IMG/VR virus record: IMGVR_UViG_3300017714_002439
Origin: a virus
DNA length: 64,000 bases
Direction: 5' to 3' (one strand)
The notes under the pieces are model-generated. The model was not told the origin of the DNA, made no database searches, and saw nothing but the letters and a program-made list of their open reading frames with translations. The position numbers and the translations under genes were made by a program. This document shows positions 9,152 through 19,382 of this stretch, in pieces. Each line of letters opens with the position of its first letter. The first letter of the stretch is position 1.

Positions 9152-9732
9152 TAGTAAACACAGACATTGACATTGATGTAGCAGATAGAAATAAGTTATT
9201 AGATTTAATTAAACATACACCTGCAATGATTAATGACAATGGTAGACGTAAGAAACACAACACTGGTGTATATTTCCATGAAATGCCAAGTGATCCATTT
9301 ACAGGGTTAAGCACAATAGATCATAAAGAAGCAGAAACCAAAGGTTATTTTAAATTAGATGTGTTAAATGTAAGTGTTTACAAAGATGTTGAAAGCTATG
9401 AACAATTAGATAAATTACTTGCAATGGAACCAATGTGGGATTTGCTTGAACACAAAGAAGTAGTTGAAAAACTATTTCATATACATGCACATTATGGTAT
9501 TGTAAGTAAAATGAAACCTACTAGTGTTGAAGAACTAGCGGCTGTGCTGGCAATTATTAGACCAGCTAAACGTGGGTTGTTAGGAAAAGATTGGAATACA
9601 GTATTTGCTACAGTATGGGATAAGCCTACAGATGGAACATATTATTTTAAAAAAGCACATGCAATAAGTTATGCAATGGCTATTGTATTACAGCTTAATA
9701 TGTTGGTTATGGGTTTTTCTTTAAAAGACTAA
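9148..9732 (+). CDS. Miniature DNA polymerase III alpha (DnaE)-like catalytic core, 194 aa
   Basis: DIDID, HNTGVY, FKLDVL, LAIIRP and FKKAHAISY motifs in DnaE order; start at ATG 9148. Confidence 0.75.
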   Translation: MIVNTDIDIDVADRNKLLDLIKHTPAMINDNGRRKKHNTGVYFHEMPSDPFTGLSTIDHKEAETKGYFKLDVLNVSVYKDVESYEQLDKLLAMEPMWDLLEHKEVVEKLFHIHAHYGIVSKMKPTSVEELAAVLAIIRPAKRGLLGKDWNTVFATVWDKPTDGTYYFKKAHAISYAMAIVLQLNMLVMGFSLKD

Positions 9733-10078
9733 TATTACGTCTTTTAATTCTTTTAGTAATACTATCACTTAATCTTACTTCAGGACCTGCAACCACTTCC
9801 ATTTGTTTTATATTAAAACTTTGGCTAGTATAACTAAACGGCCATCTATTTAAAAGTGCTATATTAATAGGTAACTTTCTATTTGTCTCCCACCACCATT
9901 CATCACCAAGTGCTAAAAACTTTTGTCTTTCAGGATTGGTTTGAATTCTATCGTAAACATACATAGTAGCAATTTGGTTATCAATATTTTGCATAATTCC
10001 CAGATACTCATTGCCTGCATATTCAATTACAGTCAAAAACGGAAATTCTTCTAATAATGTTTGATATTTTTTTATCAT
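9707..10078 (-). CDS. Hypothetical protein (start reassigned to MIKKY)
   Basis: TAAATA 8 nt upstream; the longer ORF runs through AT-rich intergenic DNA. Confidence 0.6.
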   Translation of the reverse strand: MIKKYQTLLEEFPFLTVIEYAGNEYLGIMQNIDNQIATMYVYDRIQTNPERQKFLALGDEWWWETNRKLPINIALLNRWPFSYTSQSFNIKQMEVVAGPEVRLSDSITKRIKRRNISLLKKNP

Positions 10079-10144
10079 TGTATATATATTTATTTTAAAT
10101 TTTTTCTGTGGTTTTTGCATAAATACATACACAGGAGAACATGA

Positions 10145-10978
10145 ATGTCAAATTACGCAACCACTTATAATATCAATCAAACAGGCGACCTTTACGCCGT
10201 TGATGCCACTAGTAGCAAAGCAGGACTAGGCAACTATGCTTCATCCACTGGCACTACTATAAACGCTCCTGTTAATTACAGGTTCTTAAAGCTATTTACC
10301 GGTTTAGATAATGAGTTCTTTTTTTACATTAAGAACATAGATCGTAAACCAATACAGTTGCAAGGACATACTATTACTGCTAATGTAGTTAATAGAGAAA
10401 CCCAGGCAAAATTATTATCAAAGAAATGTCAAATTGTTGACTATGATGAAGGCAAAGTTAAACTGGTTATTACATCCGGTGAAATGGCTGCAATTCAAAA
10501 CGGCTTCCTTGATCTAGTATTTACCTATGTAAATTCTCAAGGTTTAAATCTTCCATTATTTGTTGATCAAAATCTTAGACCAAATTATACAATAGAAGTA
10601 AGTAACCAAACACAAAGTATTCCACTACTATCAGCAGAAACAACTACATTTAATACTAGAGTAGAAGGAACAGACACATACTATTATAGTGGACACCTAC
10701 CAGGACCCGGTGCAAAAAACAAAGTTAATGGAATGGTTACTATAGCAGTATACACCACTAACTTTACAGGTAACTTTTTTATACAGGGTGCATTAGAAGA
10801 AAATCCAGCAGAATCCGATTGGTTTAACATTATATTAGGAACTTACACGGAAGAACATTACCCATATATCAATAGATCTGGAATTGATCCATGGACATTC
10901 AGAACTAATATTAAATATATTAGAGCAAGATTCACACAAACACAAGGAACACTTGACAAAGTCATCATAAGAGTGTAG
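10145..10978 (+). CDS. Probable virion structural protein
   Basis: TAAATA promoter and AGGAG SD; Thr/Asn/Gly-rich beta composition. Confidence 0.5.
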   Translation: MSNYATTYNINQTGDLYAVDATSSKAGLGNYASSTGTTINAPVNYRFLKLFTGLDNEFFFYIKNIDRKPIQLQGHTITANVVNRETQAKLLSKKCQIVDYDEGKVKLVITSGEMAAIQNGFLDLVFTYVNSQGLNLPLFVDQNLRPNYTIEVSNQTQSIPLLSAETTTFNTRVEGTDTYYYSGHLPGPGAKNKVNGMVTIAVYTTNFTGNFFIQGALEENPAESDWFNIILGTYTEEHYPYINRSGIDPWTFRTNIKYIRARFTQTQGTLDKVIIRV

Positions 10979-10981
10979 TAT
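10953..10981 (+). promoter_or_regulatory. sigma70 promoter embedded in upstream CDS, leaderless spacing to primase
   Basis: TTGACA-N17-TAGTAT-N6-ATG, no SD. Confidence 0.75.
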
Positions 10982-10987
10982 ATACAC

Positions 10988-11995
10988 ATGAGCTTAATGA
11001 TCGACTACGTTAGAAATCTGGTTCCGGTTAACTGGAAACAAAATCCAAGTGGCTGGACTTCTGGCAATTGTCCTATGTGTATAACAAATGGACAATCAAG
11101 ACCAGATACACGTGGACGAGGTGGTTTTCATTTTGAAGATGATAAGTTTCAATATCATTGTTTTAATTGTCATTATAAAACAGGGTTTTCGCCCGGTAAT
11201 AAAATTAATGATAGATTAAAAAAACTATTAGTGCAATTTGGTGCAGATCCTACACAAGTGCAACGTTTACAACTAGAGTTGTTGCGTGAACAAGATATTG
11301 CACAAACATTAATGGTGCAAGAGCGTAGAAAGAAACTAGTAATTGATTGGCCTACAGTAGCATTGCCAGACAATGCTAAACCTTTTATGGAACATACACC
11401 AACACCTGACTGGACAGAAGCAGTAACATATCTAACAGATAGAGGATTTGATATAACAGATCCTAGGCTGATGTATAGCCCTGCTAAATTGCCGGCTAGA
11501 ATGTTCAAACGTTTTGTAGTTCCATTTTATTATAAAGGTAATGTTGTAGGATATACAGCAAGATGGATAGGTAATCCACCAGATAAAATGCCAAAATATT
11601 TTAATCAACAACCACCTAAAAATTTTGTGTATGGGTTAGATAGACAGCATGCTGACAAAGAAATTGTTATATTGACAGAAGGCCCATTAGATGCTATAAT
11701 AACAGATGGAATCAGTGCAGGCACTAATACTATTAGCGATGAACAAGCAGACGTTATTTTAAGTTTAAACAAACAAATTGTTGTGTTACCTGATGCCGAT
11801 AAGGCAGGCATGCAAATGGTTAACGCAGCAGTTAAGTATGGTTGGAGTGTTGCATTTCCTGAATGGGATAATTGCAATGATGCCGGCGATGCCTTAACAA
11901 AATACGGTAGATTATTTACAGTGCGTAGTATATTAAATAGTGCAGTAAGTAACCCAACAAAAATACAAGTTTTAGGAAGGAATTATTGTAAATGA
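10988..11995 (+). CDS. DNA primase (gp61/DnaG-like)
   Basis: CPMC...CFNC Zn ribbon, TOPRIM TEGPLDA and PDADKAG. Confidence 0.9.
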   Translation: MSLMIDYVRNLVPVNWKQNPSGWTSGNCPMCITNGQSRPDTRGRGGFHFEDDKFQYHCFNCHYKTGFSPGNKINDRLKKLLVQFGADPTQVQRLQLELLREQDIAQTLMVQERRKKLVIDWPTVALPDNAKPFMEHTPTPDWTEAVTYLTDRGFDITDPRLMYSPAKLPARMFKRFVVPFYYKGNVVGYTARWIGNPPDKMPKYFNQQPPKNFVYGLDRQHADKEIVILTEGPLDAIITDGISAGTNTISDEQADVILSLNKQIVVLPDADKAGMQMVNAAVKYGWSVAFPEWDNCNDAGDALTKYGRLFTVRSILNSAVSNPTKIQVLGRNYCK

Positions 11996-13389
11996 GTGAA
12001 CAAAAAGAATACACACTAGAACTACAAAAATTATTTGTAGAGTTTTTGGCACATGATCAAGATTTATTTGTTCGTGTAAATGGTATATGTAATTCAGAAT
12101 ACTTTACAAGGGAATTACGTAAAACAGTAGAGTTCATTCAAGACCATGCAAACGAATATGGTGCATTACCAACACATGAGCAGATTGTAGCAACAACTGG
12201 GTTGGAATTACAAAGTTTAAAAGATATTGATCCTAGACATCACGATTGGTTTATAGACGAGTTTGAAACATTTTGTAAACATAAGGCATTAGAAAGTGCT
12301 ATATTAACTTCAACTGATTTACTTGAACAAGGTGAGTTTGGCGCAGTTGAGAAAATGATTAAAGATGCTGTAGGTATTGGACTTGCTAAACACATGGGAA
12401 CAGATTATTGGGAAAACCCAATGGAACGCATCGAACGTGTTCGTAACCAACGAGGTGGAACAAGCACAGGTTGGACTGAAATTGATAAAAAACTATATGG
12501 TGGATTTAATAGAGGCGAATTAAATATATTTGCTGCACCGTCAGGCGGTGGTAAGAGTTTATTTTTGCAGAACTTAGCATTAAACTGGGCATTAGAAGGA
12601 CATAATGTATTATATATTAGTTTAGAGCTTAGTGAAGAACTATGCAGTATGCGTCTTGATAGTATGTTAACAGGATACAACACAAAAGAAGTATTTAAAA
12701 ATGCAGAAGATGTTGGATTAAAAGTAGGAGCAATTAGTAAAAAAGCAGGCAACTTACAAATTGTGCAAATGCCTAATGGTGTAACAATAAATGATTTAAA
12801 TAGTTATATGAAAGAGTTTGAAGTAAAGAATAATGTTAAATTAGATGCAGTATTACTTGATTATTTAGACTTAATGATGCCAGCACAACGTAAAGTTCCG
12901 CCAAGTGACTTGTTTATTAAAGATAAATTTGTATCTGAAGAGTTACGTAACTTTGCAGTGGAAAAAGATTTGCTATTTGCAACCGCATCTCAGCTAAACA
13001 GAGCGGCAGTAGAAGAAGTAGAGTTTGATCACTCTCATATTGCAGGCGGTATTAGTAAAATTCAGACAGCTGATAACGTAATTGGTATTTTTACAAGCAC
13101 AGCAATGCGTGAACGTGGAAGATATCAAATTCAATTTATGAAAACACGTAGTAGTGCAGGTGTTGGACAAAAAGTTGATTTAGCATTTGATATTGCGGGC
13201 TTACGTATAACAGATCTGCCAGAAGATGAAGAACAAACACCTATGCATCAACCTAGTGCAATGATGGATAAAATAAAAAGAAATACAAATGTAACGCACC
13301 AAGAAAAAACTATTGCAGAAGAGAGCATTATTGAAGACACTGACGCTACCGACAGATTACGCAATATGTTGAAAAAAGTCAACAAATAA
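11992..13389 (+). CDS. Replicative DnaB/gp41-like helicase
   Basis: AAPSGGGKS, SLEL, LLDYLDL, TASQLNR, QFMKTR. Confidence 0.9.
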   Translation: MSEQKEYTLELQKLFVEFLAHDQDLFVRVNGICNSEYFTRELRKTVEFIQDHANEYGALPTHEQIVATTGLELQSLKDIDPRHHDWFIDEFETFCKHKALESAILTSTDLLEQGEFGAVEKMIKDAVGIGLAKHMGTDYWENPMERIERVRNQRGGTSTGWTEIDKKLYGGFNRGELNIFAAPSGGGKSLFLQNLALNWALEGHNVLYISLELSEELCSMRLDSMLTGYNTKEVFKNAEDVGLKVGAISKKAGNLQIVQMPNGVTINDLNSYMKEFEVKNNVKLDAVLLDYLDLMMPAQRKVPPSDLFIKDKFVSEELRNFAVEKDLLFATASQLNRAAVEEVEFDHSHIAGGISKIQTADNVIGIFTSTAMRERGRYQIQFMKTRSSAGVGQKVDLAFDIAGLRITDLPEDEEQTPMHQPSAMMDKIKRNTNVTHQEKTIAEESIIEDTDATDRLRNMLKKVNK

Positions 13390-13434
13390 CAGTAGAATAG
13401 ATAAATACAAGTAATAACAGTTGGAGTTGAGCTG

Positions 13435-13683
13435 ATGAAAAAAAGAACACGTAGTCTATTAGAAGAAATTAATAATCTATCACCTACAAAAGATAGAATT
13501 AATATACTAGAATCACGTGGCACTAATGCCATTAGTGCAATTATGAATGTATTAGAAATGGTAGATACAAATTATAGTTCAGAAGACGCTCAAGACATCC
13601 AAAAAAGAATAATGCTTAGTATTAAAAACAGAGATCCTGAACGTTTTAATAGAGGTATTAAGAATTTAAGGAATAAAAAATGA
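13435..13683 (+). CDS. Hypothetical protein
   Basis: TAAATA promoter, GGAG SD, coupled to next gene. Confidence 0.65.
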   Translation: MKKRTRSLLEEINNLSPTKDRINILESRGTNAISAIMNVLEMVDTNYSSEDAQDIQKRIMLSIKNRDPERFNRGIKNLRNKK

Positions 13684-14627
13684 ATATCCAAGATATTGTA
13701 GGCACAGTTAAGCGTAAAGATCGCAATAACAGAAAACATCGTAAGATTCAGCCTGACAATTTATATAAAGTAAACGTTAAAAACTTAAAAGAAGGCGGAG
13801 CAATGCCGGGCGTTGGGTTAATACATCATACTGAAATAGATGCTACATTAGATGCATTAGAAAAATCGTTGGGTATGCCATTAAAAGCAAATGTATTAGG
13901 TTCTGTAGGTAAAAAAGAATTTAGTGGAGATATTGATGTTGCAATTAATATACCAAAAGAAAAATTACAAGATTTTGCTTCAAAATTAGAAGCATCACCG
14001 CTTATACAAGACATAAAAAAATCAAGTGTGTTTATGACATCAGTTGATATTGTTGGATATAATGCAGAAAATACTAAACCAGGATTAAACAGAACAGGTA
14101 AAGTTCAAATTGACTTTATGCCAGGTGATCCAGATTGGATGAAAACATATTATCACAGCCCACATGAAAAAGGTTTTGATAAAGAAGGCGGACGCTCAAG
14201 CCAATATAAAGGCACATTCCGTAACATTATGTTAGCAACTATGGCCGCAATATATCAATCAAAAGAATCAGCTGAAAAAATTGAAGACGGACGTCCAGTA
14301 GAACAACAACGTTGGTTATGGAGTCCTGCAGATGGACTAAACTGGATATCACGTAAACCTAAACCTAAAGCAAATGGTGAAGGATATACTAAAGCAAGGA
14401 TTGACACTGTATTAAAAGGTCCGATTACAAACACACAAGAAATTGCAAAAGCACTTGGGTTAGATGGTCCAGAAGATTTATATAGTTTTGAAACGCTATT
14501 AGCAACGATCAAGAAAAACTATCCAAGTGATGTTTATACCAAAATAGTAGATGCATTTAAAGATAATGGACAAGTAAAAGACATGGGTATCCCATCAGAA
14601 TTAGAGGATACACCAAATGAAAATTAA
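13680..14627 (+). CDS. Pol-beta superfamily nucleotidyltransferase
   Basis: LGSVGKKEFSGDIDVAI (hGS-x-DhD) and VQIDFM third acid. Confidence 0.7.
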   Translation: MNIQDIVGTVKRKDRNNRKHRKIQPDNLYKVNVKNLKEGGAMPGVGLIHHTEIDATLDALEKSLGMPLKANVLGSVGKKEFSGDIDVAINIPKEKLQDFASKLEASPLIQDIKKSSVFMTSVDIVGYNAENTKPGLNRTGKVQIDFMPGDPDWMKTYYHSPHEKGFDKEGGRSSQYKGTFRNIMLATMAAIYQSKESAEKIEDGRPVEQQRWLWSPADGLNWISRKPKPKANGEGYTKARIDTVLKGPITNTQEIAKALGLDGPEDLYSFETLLATIKKNYPSDVYTKIVDAFKDNGQVKDMGIPSELEDTPNEN

Positions 14628-15732
14628 TGAAATTTTAATGGAAAAGGCCAGTGGTGCCAGAATCCAACATTTAGAAGATTTAATTATTTGGGACGGTAAA
14701 GCAGGTGCCCAAAAAGCAATCGCATCATTACATAGTTTAGAAAGTAATCCAGCAGATACAACTATCAAATGGGATGGATCGCCAGCAGTTATATTTGGAC
14801 GCAACGAAAATGGTGAGTTTATATTAACTGATAAAAGTGGATTTGGTGCAAAAGGATATGATGGTAGATCAAAATCACCAGATGAAATGGAATCCATGTT
14901 AAAGAATCGTCCAGGATATGCTAAAAATCCACAAGGGTATGGAGACTTCATTGGACAAATGAAAAAAGTTTGGCCTGCATTTGAACAAGCAACGCCAGAA
15001 GATTTTAGAGGCTATGTTCATGGTGATTTACTTTGGTTTGATAAACCAGGCACAGAAGAAGGTAGATTAATGTTCAAACCAAATACAACACAATACTCAG
15101 TTGATCCTGCAAGCGACATTGGAAAACAAATAGCAAACAGTCAAGTAGGTGTTGTGCTACATGCACATATCGACTTAGAAGGAAATAAAAGTAAAGTAGA
15201 TACTACTAGATTTCAAGAAGGTCCATTGTTAGCAATGCCTCCAGTATCAATTACAGATGTTCCAGATATTGAAAGTTCCAAATTAAGTGAACTTGAAAGT
15301 TTTATTACACAAGCAGGCAATGATATTGATGCAGTATTATCGCCACCAGCAGAACTTAAAATGAAAAACTTTGATGATATACTATACATGTATATGAACA
15401 ATTTAGCAAAAAATAGATCGGTAAATAGTATTGGTAGTAAGCACTTTGTTAAGTGGTTAACATCAGATGGGTCCAAAGTAAGTAGTGCTAAACAAGGTAG
15501 ACTTGTTGAATATTTAAAGCAACACCAAAAAGGACTTGATGCCATATTTGCATTTATACGCAGTATAGGACCTATTAAAGATAATATTATTGCACAACTT
15601 GATGCCAATCCAGCTGATATAGAAGCAACAACAGATGGACAAAAAGGCGGCGAAGGTTATGTAATTGGCAAAGATGTCAAACTAGTAAATAGATCAGGCT
15701 TTACAGCTGCAAACATGGCAAGGAATAATTAG
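14617..15732 (+). CDS. ATP-dependent ligase/capping-fold nucleotidyltransferase-like protein (DUF6267-like)
   Basis: TIKWDGSP (KxDG), HGDLLW, EGYVI, VKLVNR = ligase motifs I, III, IV, V. Confidence 0.6.
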   Translation: MKINEILMEKASGARIQHLEDLIIWDGKAGAQKAIASLHSLESNPADTTIKWDGSPAVIFGRNENGEFILTDKSGFGAKGYDGRSKSPDEMESMLKNRPGYAKNPQGYGDFIGQMKKVWPAFEQATPEDFRGYVHGDLLWFDKPGTEEGRLMFKPNTTQYSVDPASDIGKQIANSQVGVVLHAHIDLEGNKSKVDTTRFQEGPLLAMPPVSITDVPDIESSKLSELESFITQAGNDIDAVLSPPAELKMKNFDDILYMYMNNLAKNRSVNSIGSKHFVKWLTSDGSKVSSAKQGRLVEYLKQHQKGLDAIFAFIRSIGPIKDNIIAQLDANPADIEATTDGQKGGEGYVIGKDVKLVNRSGFTAANMARNN

Positions 15733-15927
15733 ATGTTAAGTAAACAATGCAAATTACACCTAGAAGAAGTAGGCGAAACACGTTGGGAACATTTTAAACA
15801 TGCAATGTGGGTTTCATGGCAACTAGAAAAGGCCGCATATGCGTGTTTTATACATGCGTTTGCACCACGCTGGTTCAAAACATATGCTAGTGGCAAATGC
15901 ACAGAAATATTAGAGAGTAGAAAATGA
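15733..15927 (+). CDS. Small hypothetical protein (DUF6356-like)
   Basis: HLEEVGETRWEHFKHA...ACFIHAFAP pattern. Confidence 0.5.
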   Translation: MLSKQCKLHLEEVGETRWEHFKHAMWVSWQLEKAAYACFIHAFAPRWFKTYASGKCTEILESRK

Positions 15928-16691
15928 GTGAAGAAAAATATACATTAAGGCAATATGCACAAATGCAAGGAGGACATGAAATGGATAATATGTATTCTAA
16001 TGATAATAGTTTAAGTTTTATGCAATCACTTGGTGAAGCTCGTATGTTTAAATCAAGAGCTCAAATTGCAGGCGAAGGTGCTCAGAGTATTACTAATCAT
16101 GCTTTTGTTAGTATGTTAACTTTATATGCAATGAGTCAAGACTATAACTCGGCTCCAATAGCATCTAACTATGCAAAAGCAACAATATCAAGAGGTAGTT
16201 TTGCAAGTGCTAGTCCGGGCGGAACAGATCTATATCAAACATTGTTTACATTAAGTAAACCAGACGGACTATTTAAAAATTCAAAAGATACCTTACTAAT
16301 GAATAAAGTCAGATTTGATCAAACTAAAACCAAAGCGTTTTTAAGAAGAATTCAAACAGGACAAATAACACAAGGTGAAGCTCAAACATTCTTCTTTAGA
16401 ATGGAAAGAGATTTAGCAATATCTGATCCTAAATTACGTGCGGCAAGACGATTAACACAGAATTGGGGCAAACTAACTACAGCACAGCGAACACTTGTAG
16501 CTACACAATTAGATAGACATTTTAGAGCAAATGCATTACGTAGCGACATATATCCGCATTTTAAAAGGTTTGCAAAAGGTGGTAATCTTATTGTTGGACA
16601 AGGAACAGTTAAGAAAATTGCTAAACGTGTTGCCAGAGGCGCAGCGGCATTTGCCGTTGGATACGCTGCCGGCAAAGCTACAGAATTATAA
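15924..16691 (+). CDS. Hypothetical protein, probable virion component
   Basis: Overlapping start in late operon. Confidence 0.6.
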   Translation: MSEEKYTLRQYAQMQGGHEMDNMYSNDNSLSFMQSLGEARMFKSRAQIAGEGAQSITNHAFVSMLTLYAMSQDYNSAPIASNYAKATISRGSFASASPGGTDLYQTLFTLSKPDGLFKNSKDTLLMNKVRFDQTKTKAFLRRIQTGQITQGEAQTFFFRMERDLAISDPKLRAARRLTQNWGKLTTAQRTLVATQLDRHFRANALRSDIYPHFKRFAKGGNLIVGQGTVKKIAKRVARGAAAFAVGYAAGKATEL

Positions 16692-16694
16692 GAC

Positions 16695-17162
16695 ATGTAT
16701 ACAAAAAGTAATCAGCGACCTACAGAAGTCATTGGTCGTAACACGGCATTCTATTCAATTTATACTCTAATAGATGTAACTGATTCTGATGTATCAAGTC
16801 CTAAAATAAATGCAAAAAAGCTCCATCAAAGTCAGAACTTAAATACATTTATGCAAGTTATAGGACTAAGAACACAACCTATAATAAGTAGTGTTACTAA
16901 ATTGCAGTCACAAACTATGGCAGACTACGATTTTGGTAATAATTTTACAGGTTCACATACTGTTTGGTTATTAAAATTTGTATCAGAAACAGAAGGTGCA
17001 TGGAAAAAAGAAGAAAATGAAACAACCCTTTTATTAGATGACTTTAATCTAGTTCCTATACATGATGGATTAGACGAAACAGCAACAATAGATGGAGATA
17101 TTATAAATACTGATAACGAAGATAGGTTAAATACTTACTTCAAATTTAGTGAAAACATATAA
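16695..17162 (+). CDS. Hypothetical protein
   Basis: Intact ORF in operon. Confidence 0.6.
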   Translation: MYTKSNQRPTEVIGRNTAFYSIYTLIDVTDSDVSSPKINAKKLHQSQNLNTFMQVIGLRTQPIISSVTKLQSQTMADYDFGNNFTGSHTVWLLKFVSETEGAWKKEENETTLLLDDFNLVPIHDGLDETATIDGDIINTDNEDRLNTYFKFSENI

Positions 17163-17237
17163 ATAGTAGTATATACTACGAAAGTATATTTAAAGCAAAT
17201 CAGCTCTTTATGAGACTGCAAAAAGGATAGACGGAAT

Positions 17238-17525
17238 ATGTCAATGCAACAGTCAAGACTAGAGCGTGAAAACCTAGAAGCACACGTAGATTTATGTGCA
17301 GAGAGGTACCGCGTTTTGGAAGAAAAATTTACAAGATTAGAAAACAAGGTTGATGACCTTGTGGACTCTGTTCAAAAGTTAGCCGACAAAGCTACAGCAG
17401 ATAAAGTATCAGGTAATAAATTAGTCCTTGGAGCAGCTGCAACAGTGATTGCAGGATTGCTATCAACAATAGTATTACTATTGTTAAACCTTCAAGGTAT
17501 GCAAGGGTTTATACCACCGGGATAA
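17238..17525 (+). CDS. Coiled-coil protein with C-terminal TM helix
   Basis: Heptad pattern then LVLGAAATVIAGLLSTIVLLLL. Confidence 0.65.
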   Translation: MSMQQSRLERENLEAHVDLCAERYRVLEEKFTRLENKVDDLVDSVQKLADKATADKVSGNKLVLGAAATVIAGLLSTIVLLLLNLQGMQGFIPPG

Positions 17526-17530
17526 TAGTA

Positions 17531-17818
17531 ATGATATTAAATGAGTCATATAGTAACGTTGTTACAGAAGCTAAAGTAGTATATGCCAGAAGAGGCAAGA
17601 GTGTTACTACTAAGTTTAGATGCACAGTAGGACCTAGAAAAGGTCGTGTTGTAGCCTCTCCAGCTCAATGCACTAAACCTATAGACTTAAAAAAGAGATT
17701 CGTGCTTAAAAAAACGAGAATGTCAAAAGGTTCACGTATGATGAAAAAAGCACAAAGAACAAAAAGAGTAAATCCACAGAGTAGAATTGTGAGACAATTA
17801 AACAAAGCGAGAAGATAA
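17531..17818 (+). CDS. Small highly basic protein
   Basis: Lys/Arg-rich; VTE motif near N-terminus. Confidence 0.65.
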   Translation: MILNESYSNVVTEAKVVYARRGKSVTTKFRCTVGPRKGRVVASPAQCTKPIDLKKRFVLKKTRMSKGSRMMKKAQRTKRVNPQSRIVRQLNKARR

Positions 17819-17819
17819 C

Positions 17820-18518
17820 ATGGCAGATTCATTAATAAACACATTACAAGATTTTTTATCAAAACAAGATATAAAAGTAGATCAAGATTTATTATCTTCT
17901 TCCCTTAGAGAATTAAACTTTAGTCAAACACTTGAGTTAATGAAAAAAATAAAAGAACTTGACGTTGAAGGTGTAACATCTATGGTAAATGTAGATTATG
18001 ATGCACCAGTTACAGAAGAAGGATCACCGTGGACAACAACAGGTAAACATCCTGAAGATATGGACGCAGATGAATTAAGAGATGAGCTCGCAGTATTTGA
18101 CGAATTAAGAAATAGAGGTGATTATTTGTCACCAAAAGAATTAGCACGTGAAGATTCATTATATGATTATTTAGAACAGATTGATGGACCACAAATGGAT
18201 GAAGCATATGGAACAGTTGGAACACAACAACCATCAGCTTCGGCAATTAAAGCACAAACAACAAAAGATAACAATAATCAAAGAGACTTTACAAACAATC
18301 AACAAAAGCAACAAAGAGGTGCTTCAGTAGTTCCTCGCACAGTAGCAGGTGGAAATAAACAAGCTACAGGACAAGGTGCAGCAAGATCAACTGGCGCAGA
18401 TCCAGATGATGTCGAACGTGGAAATAATGCAGCACAGTCAAATGCAAACGCAGAATTATCAAATCAAAATGCACAAGAAATTGAGCGATTAAAACAACTC
18501 GCATACGGGAGACGTTAA
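17820..18518 (+). CDS. Hypothetical protein with low-complexity Q/N/A tail
   Basis: Coupled ORF. Confidence 0.65.
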   Translation: MADSLINTLQDFLSKQDIKVDQDLLSSSLRELNFSQTLELMKKIKELDVEGVTSMVNVDYDAPVTEEGSPWTTTGKHPEDMDADELRDELAVFDELRNRGDYLSPKELAREDSLYDYLEQIDGPQMDEAYGTVGTQQPSASAIKAQTTKDNNNQRDFTNNQQKQQRGASVVPRTVAGGNKQATGQGAARSTGADPDDVERGNNAAQSNANAELSNQNAQEIERLKQLAYGRR

Positions 18519-18727
18519 TGAGATCTATATTAGGCCCAGGCGGAATCCCGACATTTGTAAACAAATTAGAAAACAAAGTATATGAATGCATGATGGAAGA
18601 AAGAGTATGCAAAGATGACCTTTCTGAACGTGATGCATATCTAATGCAAAGTCTAATAAACAAAAACTTAGTTAACAAACAAGTAGAAGGCAAGAAAGTC
18701 TACTATACAAAAGCGAGGAGTATATAA
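18518..18727 (+). CDS. Small hypothetical protein (winged-helix-like)
   Basis: TAATG overlaps at both ends; LQSLINKNLV...YY pattern. Confidence 0.55.
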   Translation: MRSILGPGGIPTFVNKLENKVYECMMEERVCKDDLSERDAYLMQSLINKNLVNKQVEGKKVYYTKARSI

Positions 18728-19335
18728 TGCCAACATCAGATGATGTCCGTGGAATGCAGGACATATTAAATAAATTAGCAAACGCATCAGAAAGAAAACC
18801 AACAACTGATACTAAACAATCAGTTCCAGGAAATGTTTCATCTGACGCCAAGGCTATGTATCAAATATTACAAAAATTAGATGAGGCAACTACTAAAGCT
18901 ACTAAGAAAATGGTAACAGAAGAAGACACAGAATCTTCTATGTTGACGGCAGTAGCACTCAAAGAAAATGATAATATTACTATCAATGGTAATTATAATG
19001 TTGAAATAGTTCAAAAATATGTTATTGATGGTGTTAAAAAGAAATACTATAATGTTAAAGACGCAGAAGGTAATGTATTATACGAGGACGTAGCATTATT
19101 TGAAAGTGCGATGGGTATTGTAAAACATTTAATGTTTGGCAAAACCGCACACAAAGTTGATGAGATTGCAAAGTTAGACGAGCGTTATGCTGGATATTTA
19201 ACAGAAGCAGCCATGTATAAACAAAAGTCACTTATGATTACCGAAGATTATAAAGTAGATGTGTTTGTTGCAAAGCAAGGAAATGCAATACAAAAGATGG
19301 CAAATTGTAAAAAACAGATCAAATCACTGCTCTAA
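18727..19335 (+). CDS. Hypothetical protein, probable head component
   Basis: Coupled ORF; several (L/V/I)xE motifs. Confidence 0.6.
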   Translation: MPTSDDVRGMQDILNKLANASERKPTTDTKQSVPGNVSSDAKAMYQILQKLDEATTKATKKMVTEEDTESSMLTAVALKENDNITINGNYNVEIVQKYVIDGVKKKYYNVKDAEGNVLYEDVALFESAMGIVKHLMFGKTAHKVDEIAKLDERYAGYLTEAAMYKQKSLMITEDYKVDVFVAKQGNAIQKMANCKKQIKSLL

Positions 19336-19382
19336 GCATAAATACAATATAAGTATATTAATCAGAAAAATGGGGTTCTAAA

